Position numbers and translations under genes: made by a program
The notes under the pieces: model-generated
Database searches by the model: none
Seen by the model: only the letters and a program-made list of their open reading frames with translations
What the model was told of the DNA's origin: nothing
NCBI GenBank assembly: GCA_046757525.1
Contig: JBHHYI010000142.1
Span: forward strand, 1 to 10,526
Source of the DNA: a bacterium
Lineage (GTDB): Bacteria; Zhuqueibacterota; Zhuqueibacteria; Oceanimicrobiales; Oceanimicrobiaceae
Length of the DNA: 10,526 nt
Direction of reading: 5' to 3'
Shown here: one piece after another, positions 5,271 to 10,526 of the stretch
Numbering within the stretch: the stretch's first letter is position 1
Layout: each line of letters starts with the position of its first letter

Positions 5271-7058
5271 TTAACTTTGGCTGAGCTTCTCGATCCAGGC
5301 GTCCACACGCTGTTCCAGGATACTTAACGGAATGGCGCCTGCGCTGAGCACCAGGTCGTGGAAAGCACGCAGATCGAAGGCTTCTCCGAGGGCCTTCTGG
5401 GCGCGTTTGCGCAGCTCCCAAATTTTCATCTGACCGATCTTGTAGGCCAGGGCCTGACCCGGCCAGGCGATGTAGCGATCTACTTCGTTTTCCACGTTGG
5501 TGCGCGTGAGAGCTGAATTCTCCAGCATGTAGTTGATGGCCTTTTCGCGCGACCAGCCGAAGGCATGGATGCCGGTGTCGACCACCAGGCGCAACGCGCG
5601 CCACATTTGGTAGGAAAGAAAACCAAACTCTGAATATGGGTCTCGGTAAAATCCAGCCTCTTGACCGAGACTTTCGGCGTAGAGTCCCCAGCCTTCAACA
5701 AAGGCGGTAAAACTGGCCATGGTTCGAAACGGCGGTACGTTTTCCAGCTCTTGTTGAAGCGCAATTTGCAGATGATGTCCCGGCACAGACTCGTGAAAAG
5801 ACAAAGCTTCCATTTCGTATTTGGGTCGGCTTTTGAGATCGTAGGTATTGACGTAAAACCAACCCGGCTGGGTGCCGTCGGCAGTGGGTCCGTTGTAATA
5901 GGCGGTGGTGGCCCGGGGCGCTTCGTACTGCGGGATTTCGCGAACGCCGTAGGGCGCACGCGGCAATTTGCCAAAAAGTCGAGGCAGTTCCGCGTCCATG
6001 CGCTTGCAGATGTCGCGGTAGTGTAAGACCAAATCTTCGGCGTCGGTGAAATAGAAGCGGTCATCGGTTCGCAGAAAGGTCACGAACTCGGCGAATGAAC
6101 CCTGGAAGTCAGTCTCCTGGATGATCTGCAACATGCGCTTGCGGATGCGCGCCACCTCTCGATGGCCGATTGCGTGAATCTCTTTTGGCGTGAGATCGGT
6201 CGTGGTGAATCTCTTGACCCGATAAGCGTAGAAGGCGCTGCCGTCCGGGTGCCGTTTATTCACCGCAATATCCCTCTTCGCATTTGGAATGTACGACTCC
6301 TGAAAGAAGCGTTTGAATCTGTCGAAAGTTGGAAGGATTTGTTCCTCGAGGAGCTGTTTGCCTTTGGCGGCCAGAACCTTTTGCGTTGCCGCATCTATGG
6401 TCTCCGGGAACGACTTGAACGGCTGAAACAGCGGGAAGTCCGCCACCGGCATTTTGGCCAAAGTGGCCAACTGCTGCGGCACGGCTTCCAGCACGAGTCG
6501 AGGCGGCGTAATCCCCCGCTTGAGACCTTTTTTGAGCAGGGCGATGTTCTGATCGATTAAAGTCGGGACCGCCCGCAACCGCGCCAGATAATCCTCGTAC
6601 TGTTTCTTGCTCTTCAGGGGGATTCTTTCGTGCATGCGCGGTAAAAAAAGCTGGAAGCCACTGCGCTGGTGCACGGGCTCCAGAAAGGTGCCGAACTTGT
6701 ACTCTTCAAGACTCCACCGCAGTTGCTCTTTGAAAAGGTCGTAATTGAGCTGGTCTTCGGCGGAAAGTCTTTCGCGGTCGATGGCCTCTAAGCGCTGCAT
6801 GAACGCCTGGTTGGCCCGGTTGCGCCGCTCAAAAGCAGCGGGACTGGCATCGCCGAGGCGGTCGTTGTAACGCAAATCGCCTCGCGAGGTTGCCAGCAAA
6901 GGATTCTCCCGCAGGGTAAATTCCCACTGGTCTTGCAATAGCTGGCGGAACTTTTCCGCGTCGTTTTCTGCGGCCCGGGCCCCTGGGTTCAAGGTCAACA
7001 TGAACCACACCAGGCCCAATGCTACCGCACACGTGTAACTCCGAAATAATTGCCGCAT
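5271..7058 (-). CDS. Exported DUF885 family protein (putative zinc metallopeptidase), 595 aa
   Basis: Signal peptide ending ARA-A. Family-typical motifs: FHESVPGHHLQ, FVEGWGLYAE, WRALRLVVDTGIH, EVDRYIAWPGQALAYKIG, FDLRAFHD. GGAGA SD upstream. Confidence 0.92.
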   Translation of the reverse strand: MRQLFRSYTCAVALGLVWFMLTLNPGARAAENDAEKFRQLLQDQWEFTLRENPLLATSRGDLRYNDRLGDASPAAFERRNRANQAFMQRLEAIDRERLSAEDQLNYDLFKEQLRWSLEEYKFGTFLEPVHQRSGFQLFLPRMHERIPLKSKKQYEDYLARLRAVPTLIDQNIALLKKGLKRGITPPRLVLEAVPQQLATLAKMPVADFPLFQPFKSFPETIDAATQKVLAAKGKQLLEEQILPTFDRFKRFFQESYIPNAKRDIAVNKRHPDGSAFYAYRVKRFTTTDLTPKEIHAIGHREVARIRKRMLQIIQETDFQGSFAEFVTFLRTDDRFYFTDAEDLVLHYRDICKRMDAELPRLFGKLPRAPYGVREIPQYEAPRATTAYYNGPTADGTQPGWFYVNTYDLKSRPKYEMEALSFHESVPGHHLQIALQQELENVPPFRTMASFTAFVEGWGLYAESLGQEAGFYRDPYSEFGFLSYQMWRALRLVVDTGIHAFGWSREKAINYMLENSALTRTNVENEVDRYIAWPGQALAYKIGQMKIWELRKRAQKALGEAFDLRAFHDLVLSAGAIPLSILEQRVDAWIEKLSQS

Positions 7059-7190
7059 GCTGTGTTCTCCATCGGTTAGTGGTTAATTAACTATTGTGTT
7101 GCGTTTTAACTTTTCCAAGACAAGGATTACCACTTTGAAGAAATTTAGAGTTTTCCCTGAAGCGGTACGACTCTCTTTAGAATTGTTAAG

Positions 7191-7459
7191 AAATCCGTGT
7201 TCATGGGTGTAAATCCGTGGCTACGTATTTTCTTAGTTATAGCTATCTTTGGTTGCGGCTTTGTCGCGCTGCGTAAATTCGTTCGATCCGTAAAGTCCGT
7301 GTTCCATTTATTTGCGGCTGTGCCGCGCCAGGGTAAGAGTGTCGTCATCTTGAGAAATCTGAATGCTCACTTGCGGCAGCTCGAACTCATCGAAACAGAA
7401 CCTCTCGAGCAAGTCCGTGGGGTTGGCTAAAAAGTCCACATTTTTGTCATTCCCGCGAA
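7191..7459. repeat. Composite intergenic repeat mosaic (TCCGT-type short repeats, GCGGC-N3-GYCGC hairpins, RS3-like remnant)
   Basis: AAATCCGTG at 7191 and 7211; TCCGTGTTC at 7194 and 7296; AAGTCCGTG at 7293 and 7411; TTGCGGC at 7253, 7312 and 7371; TGTCATTCCCGCGAA at 7445-7459. Confidence 0.65.
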
Positions 7460-7502
7460 AATTGTGCCGACTCTGGCAGCAACGCACCCGCGTCGCTCAG
7501 CT

Positions 7503-9047
7503 TCAATCCGATTTTACCACCGTTGGGACTTGCCCAAGAACCTCTTCAACGGTCATGACTTTCATGGGGCCAAGTTTTAAGTCTGCAACGCCTTTGGCAA
7601 TTTTTTCGCGGTCGCCTACCACCACGATGGCGACCTTCTGCGGATCCACATATTTTTTTGCCACCCGGTGGACGTCCTCTTTGGTCACGGCCAGAATGTT
7701 TTTGACATATTCGTTAAAATAATCATCGGGCAAGTCAAAGATTACCAATTGTTCCAGTTGACCGGTGATTCTTTCCACAGATTGGAAACGGCCAGGGTAT
7801 TGCAAGGCCACATAATTTTTCGCGCGGTTCAATTCCTCCTCAGGTATGGGTGCGAGGATGCCATTCAACTCCTTCATGAATTCAATTAGGGCTTTGTCCG
7901 TAACATCGGTTTGCACCGAGGCACCGGCCTGGAACGGACCGGCCAGGGGCCGAAAGGCAAAAAAAGACCAGGCACCGTAGGAATAGCCATGTTCCTCGCG
8001 CAAGTTCTGGTTTAACCTGGAGGTAAAAGAGCCACCTAAAATGGTGTTCATCACCACGATGGCGTAATAATCGTCTGTCTTGCGAGGCACTCCGAGACGT
8101 CCGATGCGAAAGACCGATTGAGCGGCCGCCGGCTTGTCGACCAGAAAAATCTGCCGCCTGGCGACCTGTTGAGTTTTGGGAAACCTGGGTTCTGGTACCT
8201 CCCCTTGCTGCCACTGCCCAAAAGCGGCTTCCAGCTTGGCAACGATGGCCTCCGGCTCAACATCTCCCACAACGAAGACCACCGCATTGTTGGGCTTAAA
8301 ATAGGTGGCATGAAATCGCTTCAGAGCTTGCACAGTGAATTTGTTCAAGGTGGCCGCGTCGCCAAGGCTGGTCCGGCCGTACGGATGCTTTTTTCCGTAA
8401 AGAATGCGGTCGAACAGGACGGAGGCGATGGTGGTCGGCTGGTCGTGCCACTGCACCAGGTTTGTCAAGAACTGTTTGCGCAGTCGTTGCAACTCTGCGC
8501 TGGGAAAGGTCGGCCGCAGGACCACGTCAGCCAGCAAGTCGAGGGCCGGATCCAGCTTCGTCAAGGGCGTATGCAGGGCAATGCGGATCGTGTGGTAGCC
8601 GGCAGTGGTTGAAATTCTTGCTCCGAGGAATTCGATGGCGTCGGCCAACTGCAAAGCGCTGCGGTCGCCGGCGCCTTCGTCGAGCATAGCCACGGTCATA
8701 TTCGCCATGCCGTTCATCTGCGGTGGATCGGCGACCCTGCCGGTCTTGATCAAGACATTGATCTGCACCAGCGGCACCTGATGCTTCTCCATCAGAACCA
8801 CCGGCAATCCGTTGGCAAGCTTGAAATGCTGAATGGGTGGCAGGTTCAGAGTTGGTGGCGGGCCGAGTGCCGGAGGCTTGCTGCGGTCTGGCCCTTGCGC
8901 AATCGCACTCGTACAGAAGAATAAAACAGTGCAGAGCGCGATCAAGATTCGTTGGCTGGAGCAGAACCAGCTTTCCTGCCGGACGAAGTTCCGAGGGTGA
9001 GGAGGTCTACCCGACTTTGTGCAAACATCCTGTACTTTGGTTGTCAT
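7503..9047 (-). CDS. M16B (pitrilysin/insulinase family) peptidase, non-catalytic partner subunit, exported, 514 aa
   Basis: M16 N-terminus FKLANGLPVVL. GMANMTVAML replaces HXXEH. ILGGSFTSRLNQNLREEHGYSY carries the substrate-binding R/Y pair. Signal peptide ends AIA-Q. Start overlaps the upstream stop (TAATG), with AGGAGAG at 9060-9054. Confidence 0.92.
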   Translation of the reverse strand: MTTKVQDVCTKSGRPPHPRNFVRQESWFCSSQRILIALCTVLFFCTSAIAQGPDRSKPPALGPPPTLNLPPIQHFKLANGLPVVLMEKHQVPLVQINVLIKTGRVADPPQMNGMANMTVAMLDEGAGDRSALQLADAIEFLGARISTTAGYHTIRIALHTPLTKLDPALDLLADVVLRPTFPSAELQRLRKQFLTNLVQWHDQPTTIASVLFDRILYGKKHPYGRTSLGDAATLNKFTVQALKRFHATYFKPNNAVVFVVGDVEPEAIVAKLEAAFGQWQQGEVPEPRFPKTQQVARRQIFLVDKPAAAQSVFRIGRLGVPRKTDDYYAIVVMNTILGGSFTSRLNQNLREEHGYSYGAWSFFAFRPLAGPFQAGASVQTDVTDKALIEFMKELNGILAPIPEEELNRAKNYVALQYPGRFQSVERITGQLEQLVIFDLPDDYFNEYVKNILAVTKEDVHRVAKKYVDPQKVAIVVVGDREKIAKGVADLKLGPMKVMTVEEVLGQVPTVVKSD

Positions 9048-10414
9048 TAGTCACTCTCCTTTTTTGCGTGAGCGGCCAATTCTTGTTTGCCTTCTGGCAC
9101 GATGCTGAGGATGAAGCGGCCGTCGTCGCGTAAATAGCTTTTGGCGACCGCAGTGATGTCGTCAGCCGAGAGGGCTTTGTAGCGTGCCAAATCTTCATTG
9201 AAATAATCCGGGTTCCCGGTACTGAAGAAGTATTGGTTGAGCTGCGCAGCCTTGCCGCCAAATCCTCCGATGAGTTCCAATTGGTCCAGAAAGGCAGCCT
9301 CGATTTGGTTGACTGCCCGCTGCACTTCCCGCGCATCGGGCGGTTGGGCTTTGATCCGATCTATCTCCTCTTGAATGATCTTTTCCAATTCCGCAAGTGT
9401 GTGGCCGTTGCGAGCTGTTGCCATAATGACGAAAGCAGAAGAGAGCTTGCGCGAAAACTGGAAGGCGGAAACGTCCTGGGCGATCTGCAAGTCGTAAACC
9501 AGCCGTTTGTACAGGCGGGAATTTTTGCCGCTGGAAAGAATGCTTGCAAGCACGTCCAGTTCGGCATCCCCGGGTGAAAAGTGAGACGGTGAGTTCCAAA
9601 CCATATAAAGTCTCGGCAGTTGCACCTTATCTTCCATAACCAGGCGTTTTTCTTTGGTCAAGAAGGGCACGGGTGTCGCCAACGGCAGCACGGGCGGGCC
9701 CTGCGGTACGTCGCTAAACCATCGTTGCACCAGCTCCCTGGTTTTGCTGACGTCGATGTCTCCGGCTATGGCCAGACTGGCATTGCCGGGACCGTAGTAT
9801 TTCTTGAAAAAATCCACCACATCCTGGTAACTTGCAGCAGAAAGGTCTGCCATGGAGCCGATGGTGGGCCAATGATAGGGATGATCGGCTGGCACCAGAT
9901 TCTCCCAAATCTTGATGAATGCCATGCCGTACGGCCTGTTTTCATAACTCTGCCGACGCTCGTTTTTCACCACGTCGCGCTGGCCGTCTACCTTTGCGGG
10001 CGACATGGCATCGAGCAAGTACCCCATGCGGTCCGATTCGAGAAACAGAGCCAGCTCCAGGGCATTGTTGGGTACGTTTTCCCAATAGGTGGTGCGATCG
10101 GCATTGGTGGAGCCGTTGTTGTTGCCGCCAGCCGCCTCCAGCCACTCGTCGAATTTACCTTCCGCCACGTGGCCGGAACCCTCGAACATGATGTGCTCGA
10201 AGAGATGAGCAAAGCCTGTGCGCCCGGGCTTTTCACGACTGGAGCCCACGTGGTAGAGCAGGTTCACGCTGACTGTTGGTGTGGTATGGTCCTCGTGTAA
10301 AATGACGTGCAGTCCATTGGCCAGAACAAAATGCGTGTAGGGCACCGAAATCTTGAAGTCCTGCGCCACGGCAACGGAACATAGGAGAAACAAAAAAAGT
10401 ACGGTTCGCCTCAT
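9047..10414 (-). CDS. M16B zinc peptidase, catalytic subunit, exported, 455 aa
   Basis: GRTGFAHLFEHIMF is the inverted zinc motif HXXEH, followed by NGSTNADRT, LESDRM and VVKNERRQ (distal Glu ligand). Signal peptide ends AVA-Q. GAGGAGG SD at 10426-10420. Confidence 0.95.
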   Translation of the reverse strand: MRRTVLFLFLLCSVAVAQDFKISVPYTHFVLANGLHVILHEDHTTPTVSVNLLYHVGSSREKPGRTGFAHLFEHIMFEGSGHVAEGKFDEWLEAAGGNNNGSTNADRTTYWENVPNNALELALFLESDRMGYLLDAMSPAKVDGQRDVVKNERRQSYENRPYGMAFIKIWENLVPADHPYHWPTIGSMADLSAASYQDVVDFFKKYYGPGNASLAIAGDIDVSKTRELVQRWFSDVPQGPPVLPLATPVPFLTKEKRLVMEDKVQLPRLYMVWNSPSHFSPGDAELDVLASILSSGKNSRLYKRLVYDLQIAQDVSAFQFSRKLSSAFVIMATARNGHTLAELEKIIQEEIDRIKAQPPDAREVQRAVNQIEAAFLDQLELIGGFGGKAAQLNQYFFSTGNPDYFNEDLARYKALSADDITAVAKSYLRDDGRFILSIVPEGKQELAAHAKKESD

Positions 10415-10471
10415 TTAGCCCTCCTCGATTGTTTGTAGGCATTACACCTCTTATGAAACTCTCTGTTGTAC

Positions 10472-10498
10472 GTAACGCAATCGTCTCGATTGCGTAGC
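10472..10498. repeat. Perfect 9-bp palindrome, REP-like or operator
   Basis: ACGCAATCG-TCT-CGATTGCGT (10475-10495), with GTAA at 10472-10475 overlapping the 5' end of the stem; about 60 nt upstream of the M16 operon start. Confidence 0.55.
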
Positions 10499-10526
10499 CC
10501 ATTTTCCCTTTGAAGGGAGACAGATT

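Noticed and set aside
5084..5327. Small ORFs 5115-5327 (+) and 5084-5308 (-)
   Set aside because: They are translations of the repeat and hairpin region and overlap the DUF885 3' end.
7253..7395. CRISPR array
   Set aside because: Only two similar units and a 7-nt third, the units differ in sequence and length, one spacer is itself repetitive, and there are no cas genes in the window.
7145..7430. Small ORFs 7197-7430 (+, hydrophobic) and 7145-7348 (-)
   Set aside because: They are made of the repeat mosaic and lack convincing SD sequences. A small membrane peptide cannot be fully excluded without ribosome profiling.
9620..10300. 226-aa + strand ORF and other long antisense or alternate-frame ORFs (5480-6064, 8118-8612, 6162-6560)
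   Set aside because: They are shadows of well-supported GC-rich genes and have no domain motifs.
1..10526. tRNA, rRNA, transposase, integrase or LuxR-type regulator
   Set aside because: None recognised by eye. Covariance-model and HMM scans were not run.

Overview
Bacterial window with two convergent blocks. On the + strand: the 3' end of an upstream gene (1-158, beta-propeller-like), a 7-TM membrane histidine kinase with no PAS/HAMP or large periplasmic domain (451-2076), two receiver proteins without a DNA-binding domain (2159-2647 near-canonical; 2664-3062 atypical), a correctly spaced sigma54-type promoter, and a fusion of a GNAT-fold domain (LuxI/N-acyl amino acid synthase-like) with a PLP class I/II CobD/HisC-like domain (3347-5080). 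On the - strand: a translationally coupled pair of exported M16B peptidase subunits (10414-9047 with HXXEH; 9047-7503 without) and an exported DUF885 protein (7058-5271). Intergenic regions carry several REP/MITE-like palindromic repeats, and a 21/25-identical motif lies on both sides of the kinase-to-fusion block. The best candidate for a new system is this block, which may make and sense a small acylated-amine signal, by analogy to LuxM/LuxN and CqsA/CqsS. That role is inferred from domain motifs and adjacency only. All family assignments come from motifs read by eye; no searches were run.
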